DNA of 20,863 nucleotides, taken from contig CAWFJJ010000002.1 in assembly GCA_963816185.1 (NCBI GenBank), positions 1 to 20,863 on the forward strand. Direction: 5' to 3'. Shown piece after piece: positions 7,614 to 17,365 of this stretch. The position numbers and the translations under genes are program-made. Source of the stretch: Thermoanaerobaculia bacterium (lineage in GTDB: Bacteria > Acidobacteriota > Thermoanaerobaculia > UBA5066). The notes below the pieces were generated by a model. It did not search any database and was not told where the DNA came from. It worked only from the letters and a program-made list of their open reading frames with translations. Position 1 is the stretch's first letter; each line of letters starts with the position of its first letter.

Positions 7614-8556
7614 CTACGTCGCAGGGCGGTACTCGCTTCGGCGGTTTCGCCGACGTGCCATTTCGCTGGAGTAGCGGATACCGAGGAGAGAGGCGTGGTC
7701 CGTGCCCAGGATGAAAGGGGCGTTGTGCCCGTGGGCCGTGCGTCGACCACGAGGAGGTCGGCCATGAGACCTTCGATTTCGGGCTTCGTGATGACCACGT
7801 CACCGAGGAGATGGCCGAGCGCCCACCCGACGCCGTAACCGAGGGATGGAGGGATGGAAACGATCGGACGAACCCGGCCGATGGCGCGTCCAATGGTCTC
7901 AACGAGAGAGCGGTAAGTGAAGGTTTCTGGCCCAATGGCGTTGATGACGGTGCTGTCGACCCCAGCGCCCTGCGTTACGGCAAGGGAGGCAAGGTCGTCT
8001 ACGAAGATGGGCTGGAGCCGGTACTGACCGCTGCCGAACACACCGAAGACGGGAAAACGGCGCAGAAGCCACGCGATGTTGTTGATGAGGATGTCCTGCT
8101 CGCCGAATAGGACCGTGGGGCGCAGGATCGCGTAAGAGAGGCCGGACTCGCAAGGGCGCGCTCCAGGACGGCCTTGCCGTGAAAGTACTCGAGCCGCGAA
8201 CTCTCGGATGGATTCGTGATGCTAACGTGCACGACCCGTTGAACACCTGCCTCCTTCGCGGCCCGGAATAATGTCAGGGTGTTTTCAACGGCGACGGAAT
8301 GCCGAAACTCAGGCGCATTGAAGCGAACCCAGTACGTGTTGTAGAGCACGGTGGCGTCTTTCAGGGAGTCGACGAGGCGCTCAGGTCGATCGAAGTTGAA
8401 GGGATGAGCCTCAATGCGACCCTGGAGAGGACCCGGGCGACTGAGGGAGTTGGTGATGGTTCGGACCCGCACGCCGGTCTCGAGTAGGCGCGACGCGATG
8501 TAGCTGCCGGAATAGCCGAATGCGCCGGTTACGACGTGAAGAGGTGCGTCCGGCAT
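7614..8556 (-). pseudogene. NAD(P)-binding epimerase/atypical SDR (NDUFA9-like), frameshifted (cassette 3)
   Basis: VTGAFGYSG Rossmann motif, YFHGK, and LQPIFVDDLA...AIGPETFTY in another frame; likely true tail LGIRYSSEMARR...* ends at 7614. Frameshifts near 8110-8150 and 7710 may be sequencing errors. Confidence 0.8.
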
Positions 8557-8590
8557 AAATGCCTCCGAATTTGATGCGGAGAGGGTCGAC

Positions 8591-8656
8591 GCCGTCTGAC
8601 AATAACAGGCTCAGCCGGGAGCGTAGTGAGTCCGCTGCGGGGAAAGGTTAGCTGGC
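8591..8656 (-). repeat. attC site
   Basis: Minus strand GCCAGCTAAC...GCAGCGGACTC...GGCTGAGC...GTCAGACGGC; the upstream gene's TAA lies inside the R'' box. Confidence 0.85.
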
Positions 8657-9388
8657 AATTGACTCGACGGTTAGACGATGCCAGTGGTACTTCATGTCGC
8701 GGACATAGAAGATTGAGTCGAGGCGCGCCTCGGATTCTGAGAACAGCAGGCCTGAATGCATGGCCTCGTAGACGCCGAGCTGGTCGGTCACGACCTGGCT
8801 GTCCCATGGATTGCGAGCGATGCGAACGACCTCGACGCGATTGGGATGCCTCCGAGCGCCGAAGGCTGCATAAAGCTCTGTTAGATACGCCTGGGCGGCT
8901 GGTAAGTCAGGAAAGGCAGAGGCTGATAGGAGCTGCGGGCGGGCGCGCAGGTCGTAATCGGCCGAGATGCGGGCACCTTCCCCTCCCGCTGGAGTCAACG
9001 AAAAGCCGACTCGCACCTCTGAGATTCGCCAGTCGACGTGTGCTCGATTGAAGCGAAAGAAAGTGAGGGCATTCCCGGCTGCAACCATGATGGCGTTGTC
9101 GGCATCGCTCCGCAGGAATGTCACTCCGCGCTCGCGACCGCATCTGACGACAGCCCGATAGACCACCTGTGTGTAGGTCGTACCGAGCCGTAGAGGCACG
9201 AACGATGGCCTCATGCGCTCCATTAGCGCGATGACGATGGAAACGAAGGCATGTGGGCCGTACTGGTCTGGGACGAGGTGATCGGGTAAGTGGCGCCGAA
9301 GGGCGGAAGGAGCAACCGCGAAGTTGACCAGAAAGCAATGCCGGAAGCTGGTCTTCATCGGCACTGGATGGAGTGGGAGAAATCGCAT
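8648..9388 (-). CDS. DUF2071/YqjF-like protein (cassette 2)
   Basis: FLVNFAVAPSALRRHLP..L.PD...AFVSIV...MRP...YRAVV...GVTFLRSD pattern. Confidence 0.75.
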   Translation of the reverse strand: MRFLPLHPVPMKTSFRHCFLVNFAVAPSALRRHLPDHLVPDQYGPHAFVSIVIALMERMRPSFVPLRLGTTYTQVVYRAVVRCGRERGVTFLRSDADNAIMVAAGNALTFFRFNRAHVDWRISEVRVGFSLTPAGGEGARISADYDLRARPQLLSASAFPDLPAAQAYLTELYAAFGARRHPNRVEVVRIARNPWDSQVVTDQLGVYEAMHSGLLFSESEARLDSIFYVRDMKYHWHRLTVESIAS

Positions 9389-9407
9389 TGCGGTACGGCG
9401 ACTTTAA

Positions 9408-9472
9408 GCCATCCAAGGATACCGCGTTCAGCGGCGAGCGCAGCGAGTCCGCTGCAAGCGTTGTTACGCGAC
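9408..9472 (-). repeat. attC site
   Basis: Minus strand GTCGCGTAAC...GCAGCGGACTCGCTGCGCTCGCCGCTGAAC...CTTGGATGGC; 59 bp between the outer edges of the 7-bp boxes; R' degenerate. Confidence 0.85.
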
Positions 9473-9473
9473 C

Positions 9474-10031
9474 CTAGTGCTTTCCATGAGCAAGCTCGCG
9501 AAGAATAGTCAGCGGCATGCCGCCGAGCCCATCGATACGGCCATGAGAGAAGGAATAGGACGAGCGCATCTCGGCCGGGGACCCGACGAGGAAGACAACC
9601 TGGCCCTCGCCACAGGTTTCGCCGGCCTTAGATGTGTACGACAACTCGGGAAACTCGTCACCGACCGAGAAGTACAGGATCGCTTCGGGGTCACGCTTGA
9701 GGAATTCAGCAACTACCGCCTTGAATCTCTCGCCTTCGGGCATGTAGGTCACGAGCAGGATGACGCTCGAACGGGCGATCATCTTCTCCGGCGACAGCTC
9801 GTGAAGAGGAACCTCTGGCGTAGGCTGTGCCAGCGACGAGCTGTGAGGGGAAACGCGTGGAGAGCCTTCGGTGGTGACCGATGCCTGGCGCATCGTGCGG
9901 AGGGACGAGACATATCCCCAAGCATATAGACCGAGTTGTGCGGCCTGTAGCACGCACAAACACGCAAGCACGACCGTAAGGGTCTTGACGGCTTTGGTCA
10001 GAATGGGCACGTAGTTCACGTCATCGTTCAT
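9474..10031 (-). CDS. Hypothetical membrane-anchored protein (cassette 1)
   Basis: 185 aa with an N-terminal hydrophobic helix. The ATG follows GTTAGGTGACCT directly and the stop abuts the next attC. Confidence 0.75.
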   Translation of the reverse strand: MNDDVNYVPILTKAVKTLTVVLACLCVLQAAQLGLYAWGYVSSLRTMRQASVTTEGSPRVSPHSSSLAQPTPEVPLHELSPEKMIARSSVILLVTYMPEGERFKAVVAEFLKRDPEAILYFSVGDEFPELSYTSKAGETCGEGQVVFLVGSPAEMRSSYSFSHGRIDGLGGMPLTILRELAHGKH

Positions 10032-10033
10032 AG

Positions 10034-10073
10034 GTCACCTAACGATATCAAGCTCAGCGGCGAGCGTAGCGAG
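10034..10073 (-). repeat. Partial attC site (other arm disrupted)
   Basis: GTCACCTAACGATATCAAGCTCAGCGGCGAGCGTAGCGAG, then homology stops. A TCCGCTGCAAG remnant lies ~40 bp further on without a GTT box. Confidence 0.8.
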
Positions 10074-10205
10074 ATGGGATGAGAAGGCCGGTGTCCCCGG
10101 CGCAGTCGGAAAATCCGCTGCAAGGACATTGCGGGCTCGAGGCCCAGAAGGGAGACCGGCCGTGAGGAAGCGTAGCACCGTGACAGGCGGAACCTGTAGG
10201 AGGGT

Positions 10206-10299
10206 ATAGGGGCGCAATGGGAATTGCCGGGGCTGTGGCGCGTAGAGGCGCTGGTCGCCGAGCGCCAGGACGGGCCGCAATTCCCATTGCCGCTCTACA
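10206..10299. repeat. GTAG-type REP cluster (inverted pair plus a second GTAG palindrome)
   Basis: ATAGGGGCGCAATGGGAATTGCCGGGGCTG (10206-10235), inverted copy at 10277-10299, and GTAGAGGCGCT...AGCGCC at 10242-10266. Confidence 0.75.
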
Positions 10300-10830
10300 G
10301 GATCGGTCAGTTCTTGGCGCTTCCACCGGCTTCAGGTCGAACTTCCCACTCGAGACCACGAAGATGATGCAGTCGCTGGCAGCGTCGCACTTCGTCACGT
10401 GCCTCACGCCGTGGGGCTGGTACTCGTATCAGCCGGGCGGGAGCTTTATCTCCGGCCCGCTCTCCGTCGCCGCGATCATCGTCCCCGAGATGACTGCGAT
10501 GCGCATGTCCGACGAGTGCATGTGGAGCCCGGCGTTGAAGCCAGCCTTGAATTTGTGAAAGGCGCCATGAGGCCCTTTGGCCGGATCGCCCCAGACCACC
10601 GCCATCGCTACGTCGCCGTTGGCCGGGTTCGGGACCCATTTCAGCTCGTCGTGAGTCATGGTCACGAGCGTGGCGGGCTTGGCGGTGGGATTCGCCTTCT
10701 CCTTGACCGTCGGGCGTGTGCCTCTCGCCTCCGCCCCCATTGGAGCTCCGGCGAGGAGAAGGACCGGGAGAACGGCGATTTGAATCGCCCCGGCATTTCC
10801 GGAGGCTCCAACACTTGAGAGGATGGAGCC

Positions 10831-12125
<1,295 letters not shown>

Positions 12126-12362
12126 TGACGACCTCCTCAAGGGACACGTTGAAGCCTATCGCGCGCGTGAAAGAATTCAATCCGACGCGGTGTCTTCCGT
12201 GGGTCGCCTCGCCCCCCACCTCCTCGACGAGGATATAGAGCTCTCCGACGAATGCCGCTCGTCGATTGAGAGGTATCCTCGGGCTGCTGATTGAACCGCA
12301 CCAACACCAGCGTCGCGCGAGAGCTAGTCCCGGGCTGACTAACCCGCCTCCCGCCAAGCACT

Positions 12363-12405
12363 CGATTGGGCCCAATTCCGACTCGCGTCCGATCCCATAA
12401 TCCGG
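12363..12405. promoter_or_regulatory. 43-bp regulatory/promoter-like module, copy 2
   Basis: 35/43 identical to 2523-2565; CATAAT at 12396-12401. Confidence 0.5.
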
Positions 12406-12490
12406 GCTCAATGGGGAGAGGACCCGAGCCACTTTGGCTAAGGCAGCCCGGCACGAGGAATGCTTCTTAAGCGCCGCGCACGTTCTAATG

Positions 12491-12519
12491 GCCGCTCCCG
12501 AGGGAGCGGCGTTTTTTCT
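12491..12519 (+). terminator. Rho-independent terminator upstream of tatA
   Basis: Hairpin GCCGCTCCCGAGGGAGCGGC followed by GTTTTTTCT. Confidence 0.8.
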
Positions 12520-12595
12520 GAGGCCTCGCCGTAGACCCTTGTCTGCCATTTGCGACTATCATCAAGATGGCTCTGAGTGAGCTTCGAGGAGTTTC

Positions 12596-12832
12596 ATGAT
12601 CGAAGGCCTGTTTCAACCGATGCACCTTCTTCTCATCCTGATTATCGCCACGCTCGTTTTCGGACCGAAGAAGCTTCCGGAACTCGGCAGGAATTTGGGG
12701 CAAGGAATCCGAGGATTCAGGGACGCGATCAAGAACGCGGAGACGGGGGCGAGTGCGGACGACTCGCACGCTTCGGCGACCCTGCAGACCCCACCGCGAA
12801 GAAGTAACCGCCGTTTTCGAGCACGCGTTTAA
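12596..12832 (+). CDS. tatA: Twin-arginine translocase TatA/TatE subunit
   Basis: HLLLILIIATLVFGPKKLPELGRNLGQGIRGFR; GAGGAG upstream. Confidence 0.92.
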   Translation: MIEGLFQPMHLLLILIIATLVFGPKKLPELGRNLGQGIRGFRDAIKNAETGASADDSHASATLQTPPRRSNRRFRARV

Positions 12833-12993
12833 GCCCGCGGGTCCGTAGGACGCGAGAGAGACCCTAGCGGGAGTCTAAGAGGCCCGGACGGCTGCCTCTA
12901 CCCGCTGGCGTGCACAGACGAGCGACTCGGTCACTACGATGACTCCGTGCGCGCACACGTCGACCAAGGTCTGCCGCTGAGTGTGACCTCGCT

Positions 12994-13500
12994 TCAGGCA
13001 GCTTTTCGAACCAGTACCGGCAGCAGCCGCTCCGCGTCGAGGTACTCGACGCGGAACGGTGAATCCACCGGGCCTTCACCCGGCCTGCCGCGAGGAGGCG
13101 GGATCGCCGAGAGATGCGCCGGGGTTCTGCCGAAGTACATTTCTGCCGGCGTCGCACCGCCGAGACCCTGATGCGGGCGGAAGTGCGCGTAGTGCAGGAG
13201 GCCGAGCTCGACCTTGTCCAGCAGGTCTTCCGCTGCCGACGGCCGCAGCAGGCGCAGGCCGAGAGCGTCCTTCAGCGTCCTCCACAGTCTCTCGATCAGC
13301 GCGATCGAGCCCTTCTTTCCGATCGCCCCGAACCTCTGCTTCACTCCGAGCTGAAGGAGCTTCCGGCGAAAGATCTCGCCCGTGAAGCAGCGGGCCCGAT
13401 CCGATACGAAGTGCCTCGGCCGTCCATGGCGCTTCGCCGTCCTTGAGACGAAGCTGGCCATATCGCCGGCCGAAGGCTCCTTGGAGAACATCCGCGCCGA
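12994..13500 (-). pseudogene. 5'-truncated DDE integrase/transposase (rve core, IS481-like)
   Basis: RPRHFVSDRARCF...IERLWRTLK...RPHQGLGGATPAEMY. The first catalytic Asp and the HTH are missing; the rest of ORF 12994..14442 is antisense shadow. Confidence 0.8.
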
Positions 13501-13590
13501 AAGGTCTCGACGCGCGTGAGGCTTGAGATCGCGCCTACACTTCAAGTTAGGCAGATGCGCGGGGCCGAGAGAAACAGACGTTCCACTTGC

Positions 13591-16356
13591 GTGAAAGCTG
13601 CGCTTGCTCTGGCGTTCCTGCTCGCCGCCTTCGACGCACCTGCGCGTCTCATCCCAACGGCTCCCGTCAACGCGTGGCCCGTCATTCCCGCGGTCCAGAA
13701 GCGCTCGGCGCGGCACGTGGTCGCCCTCGAGCTTGTGAGCTACGGGGCGGCTTGTATGTATTGCGTCCCGACTCTCATGCGCGTCGCCGTCCACGACTCG
13801 CTGGGAATCGAGGCGTCCCGAGACGTCACGCCCGGCAACACGCCCGGCTACATCGCGAACGCCGCTGCGCTCGAAGGGGCCGACGGGTCTCTCCGCCTTC
13901 TCCTCTTCGGAAACGTGGACCCGGCCGGGAACGCGACGCAGAGCGGAAACTTCCTCTACAGCGCAGATGGCGGCCTGACCTGGGGCGTCGTGGCGGACCT
14001 GTCCGGGCTGCAGTCCTACAGTTCTTCGGCGGTTGCCGACTTCGGCGGGCCAGTAGCCGGAGGCGCTTCTTCTCAAGTTCGGCTGGGAAATTCCTCCGTG
14101 CCGTTCGTCGTGTCGACACCGGTGGGATTCTGGGGCATACGAGCGGACGGCTCCGGTTACCTTCTGACACCGGCCTGGGGCGGCGCCCTCCTCGGATCCG
14201 ACATCGACGGCTCGAAATTCCTGGTGGCAGCCCTCCTCTTCTCGCCGCCGCCTCCGTACTACATGCCCGCGACGTGGAAGGTCGCGATCCTGGACCTCTC
14301 GGGCAACCTGCAGCAGCTCTTCGAGCTCGCCCCGGATTTCGTTCCCTGGATAGAGGGGTGGATCGCGCCGGACGGCAGCGCCTACCTGAACGTGGATTGG
14401 AGTCAGGGCGGAAACAACTTCTACCCTACGACACCTCCGCAACCTCTACCCTCGAGGTTTTCCGTGACGCTCTGCAGGCAAGGGACGGTCCGGGAGATCG
14501 TCTCGTCGGACGTCCGATTTGCACTTCTAGGCGCTCCAAGCGCCGATTTCTCCCAGGCGTGGATCGTGACGACCGACTCGGGCGCGACCGTCCTGAGCTC
14601 CTTCACTCCTTCCAGCGGTCTCGTCGAGGCCTGGCGCGACGCATCGCACCCGCGGTTGGCGGCGCTCTTCGCGGGCGCCTCCGGCGAGCGCGTTCTCGTC
14701 CAGAAGAACCACCTCGGTCCAACGGCCGGGAACCGTCAGGAGTTGGAATGGGCCCTGTGGAACGTCGGTGAGGGGGCACCGGCCGCCTACGACACTGTCG
14801 CTCTCAACTCGTGGGGTCCCGTGACGGTTGTGCATCTCGACGTTGATGCCGCGGCCTCCGGCGCGCCCATCATCGTGGATCCGGGATCGCCCCAGGATAT
14901 CGCTGGCCCGTCTGCGCCTTTTTCCCCGACGGGGCCAAATTTCTTCCCGACGCAGGGCCTAGTTCGCGCGTCCCTTCTGCAGCAACTCGTCATCCCGGCG
15001 GTGGCGCGTGCAGCGGGGAAAGGCGGGTCGGACTGGCGGACTGACCTGATCCTCCGGAATCCGGGGTCGAGCCCTCTCCAGGTCACTGCACGCCTCCTCG
15101 CGAACCCTGAGACGACGAGCCAACCGGTCAATGCAAGCCTGACCCTTGGCCCGGGAACCATTACCATCCTGCCAGACGTCCTCAAGAGCCTCTTCCAGCT
15201 CGAGCAGGGTTCGGGAGCGCTTCTTCTGATCCCCGGCGGGAGCGGCTCTCTCGCCGCAACGAGCCGTTCGTACACCGCATCGTCGAATGGCACCTACGGG
15301 ATGGCGGCCGATGCCGAGGACGTCATTCTGGGCGCCCGGCCTGGCTTCGAGCAGACGTTCGCGGCAGGACTTCTCGGAACAGGCTTTCGGACGAACCTCG
15401 TCGCGAGCGACCTCTCGGGGCAGGGATCTCAGCTGCAGGTCTTCCCGCAATCTGCTGGCGGCGTCATCAGGGCGCCGATTTCCGTCGTCGCTCCACCCGC
15501 GGGCCAGGCCCAGATCGACGACCTCGCGGCCCTGACGGGCACGCCCGCCTCGCAGACAGCTGCATTCCGTTCAGCGACCAGCGCCGGCAGCGTCGTGCCA
15601 GGCCTCATCGCAATCGACAACGCCACGAACGACCCCACGTGGTTCGGTCCGGACGCTCCTCCCGGGCAGCTCACCATTCCTGCAATCGTCCACGCTGGAG
15701 GAGCCAACGGCGCCCAGTACCGGACGGAACTCTTTCTCTACAACCCCGACGCCGTCCCTCACGCTATTTCTCTCGGCGTCATCCCTTGGGACGGGTCATC
15801 CGGCGGGCAGCCCGTCACGGTCACGCTGGCTCCCGGCGAATCGCGGCGAGTTCCGGACGCGCTCTTGACGCTCTTCGGCCTGAGCGGCGTGGCGCAACTG
15901 TACTTCACGAGCGCTTTCCCGACCGGCAGAGTTCTCGTCACGTCGCGGGCTTACACGCTGCTCGACGACGGCTCGACCTACGGCACGCTTCTGCCGCCCC
16001 TCGGGGCAACCCAGTCCGCCGCGGCGGGGGAGACGCTGGAGATCCTTGGCCCGATTGGCGCGCACACGTCCCGCACGAACCTCGCGCTCGTGAGCCTAGT
16101 CTCCTTCCTATCCGCGAACGTCCACGTGCAAGTGCTCGACGCCCGAGGGAGCATTCTCGATTCCTTCGACCAGGTAGTCGCGCCGGGAAAGGGAGTCCAG
16201 ATAAACGACCTCTTCCGCGCCCGAGGCCTCGGCGACGGACCGGGGGCCGCGCTCATCAGAGTCTCGCCGTCCAGCGGAACTATTGCCGCCTACGCGACCG
16301 TGATCGACAACGGGACGAACGACCCGGTCTATTTCGCGGGCAACCTGGCGCCCTAA
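13591..16356 (+). CDS. Large secreted protein: propeller-like N-terminus with an Asp-box plus two copies of a ~230-aa C-terminal domain
   Basis: Signal-like VKAALALAFLLAA (alternative start ATG13555), YSADGGLTW, CMYC; repeats LVIPAVA...IDNATNDPTWF and LTIPAIV...IDNGTNDPVYF. Confidence 0.85.
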   Translation: MKAALALAFLLAAFDAPARLIPTAPVNAWPVIPAVQKRSARHVVALELVSYGAACMYCVPTLMRVAVHDSLGIEASRDVTPGNTPGYIANAAALEGADGSLRLLLFGNVDPAGNATQSGNFLYSADGGLTWGVVADLSGLQSYSSSAVADFGGPVAGGASSQVRLGNSSVPFVVSTPVGFWGIRADGSGYLLTPAWGGALLGSDIDGSKFLVAALLFSPPPPYYMPATWKVAILDLSGNLQQLFELAPDFVPWIEGWIAPDGSAYLNVDWSQGGNNFYPTTPPQPLPSRFSVTLCRQGTVREIVSSDVRFALLGAPSADFSQAWIVTTDSGATVLSSFTPSSGLVEAWRDASHPRLAALFAGASGERVLVQKNHLGPTAGNRQELEWALWNVGEGAPAAYDTVALNSWGPVTVVHLDVDAAASGAPIIVDPGSPQDIAGPSAPFSPTGPNFFPTQGLVRASLLQQLVIPAVARAAGKGGSDWRTDLILRNPGSSPLQVTARLLANPETTSQPVNASLTLGPGTITILPDVLKSLFQLEQGSGALLLIPGGSGSLAATSRSYTASSNGTYGMAADAEDVILGARPGFEQTFAAGLLGTGFRTNLVASDLSGQGSQLQVFPQSAGGVIRAPISVVAPPAGQAQIDDLAALTGTPASQTAAFRSATSAGSVVPGLIAIDNATNDPTWFGPDAPPGQLTIPAIVHAGGANGAQYRTELFLYNPDAVPHAISLGVIPWDGSSGGQPVTVTLAPGESRRVPDALLTLFGLSGVAQLYFTSAFPTGRVLVTSRAYTLLDDGSTYGTLLPPLGATQSAAAGETLEILGPIGAHTSRTNLALVSLVSFLSANVHVQVLDARGSILDSFDQVVAPGKGVQINDLFRARGLGDGPGAALIRVSPSSGTIAAYATVIDNGTNDPVYFAGNLAP

Positions 16357-16576
16357 GCTGATCACGGGCAGATGGTCAAATCGAGCCGGTTCGCCCGCCG
16401 CCGTCTGGTTTCCAGCGCTCGGTAGTCCCGGACAACCGCGCTCTGAGCCATTAACTCGGGGATCCTTCAGGGAAAGGGTCGATTACTCGAACCTAAATCG
16501 CCGTCCGGACAGAGAAGTCCGTTTAAGGGTCGGGAATGAGCCTGAAACCGGGGACGTGACTCCTGGCTCTATCCGC

Positions 16577-16688
16577 CACAGGCCCCCGGCAATTCCCATT
16601 GCGCCCCTACAGCCGCACCGAAAAAGATGCAGAATGGCCGCGGTTTCACGCTTCACAGCCCCCCGGCAATTCCCATTGCGCCCCTACA
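16577..16688 (-). repeat. Two direct 35-bp GTAG-type REP copies between convergent genes
   Basis: CACAG(G/C)CCCCCGGCAATTCCCATTGCGCCCCTACA at 16577-16611 and 16654-16688. Confidence 0.8.
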
Positions 16689-16695
16689 ACGCCCG

Positions 16696-17172
16696 TCAGA
16701 ATCGTGTCCGGACCTGCTCCCTTATGAAGGAACGGCTCCCGTTGGGGACATGTAGTTCGTCGCAGGCTTCCGCCCACGTGAAGCCTTGAAGCACGAACCT
16801 CACGAGACGTCCTGCCGTCGGCGGGAGCGATCTGGCCCCCAAACGCGCCTCGGCCGCCGATAGGCCGGTGTCACGTCGGGCTGTCGGCGCTAAGCCCGCG
16901 AGTGACTCTATGGGCTCGAGGCGCGTCGCGTAATACCACTTCCTGTTCTTCGTTCGTAGGAATCGCCCCACGAGCGCCGCAACGAGGCGGTCACCTGGAG
17001 GGAACTCCCGTAGGAGGCCGTGCCGTTGGAGGAGCCACACCACGACGTCTTGGAGCAAGTCATCCCGGCACGGCCCGTGGAATCCCTTCCGTCGCAGCGC
17101 CTTATCGACGGCCGCGATGAGGGTAGCGCCGACCTCTTCGGAAACAGGACGCCTGCGCACGGCGTTAGCCAC
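16696..17172 (-). CDS. Divergent ECF-type sigma70 factor-like protein
   Basis: Region 2-like RDDLLQDVVVWL and region 4-like SLPP...GFTWAEACDELHVPNGS; 158 aa. Confidence 0.6.
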   Translation of the reverse strand: MANAVRRRPVSEEVGATLIAAVDKALRRKGFHGPCRDDLLQDVVVWLLQRHGLLREFPPGDRLVAALVGRFLRTKNRKWYYATRLEPIESLAGLAPTARRDTGLSAAEARLGARSLPPTAGRLVRFVLQGFTWAEACDELHVPNGSRSFIREQVRTRF

Positions 17173-17365
17173 CTATTCAGTGTGACCTCCGCGGTCTGGC
17201 TCCTAACGATGCAGATGCATCAATTCGCCAGGCTGACCATCGATCCGCCCCTTGCCGGCCATTTACCTAGACAAGAGGAGAAGGAATGCAACGTCGATCG
17301 TCTCCCGCCGGGGACCCCACCTCACGCTGACTGAATTTTGAAAGAAATGCCTTGAAAGAATCACT

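Larger units (their letters stand above)
5621..10073 (-). mobile_element. Integron cassette array with no integrase in the window (CALIN-like), four cassettes
   Basis: Four co-oriented genes separated by homologous ~60-bp imperfect palindromes with RYYYAAC/GTTRRRY-like ends. Confidence 0.85.

Noticed and set aside
12402-12492. HDV-like ribozyme or c-di-GMP-I riboswitch assignment
   Set aside because: Only fragments fit; the L3 CC needed for P1.1 and the GAAA tetraloop with receptor are missing.
13532-13552. GTTAGGC before the large gene as an attC/attI site
   Set aside because: No RYYYAAC partner at attC distance and no similarity to the local attC family.
13501-14442. N-terminal part of the 482-aa minus-strand ORF
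   Set aside because: Antisense shadow of the secreted-protein gene; only the last ~165 aa are integrase-like.
16577-16688. Two 35-bp repeats with a 42-bp spacer resembling a mini-CRISPR
   Set aside because: Only two units and no cas genes; the same motif is dispersed in both orientations at gene ends with a GTAG terminus, which fits REP.
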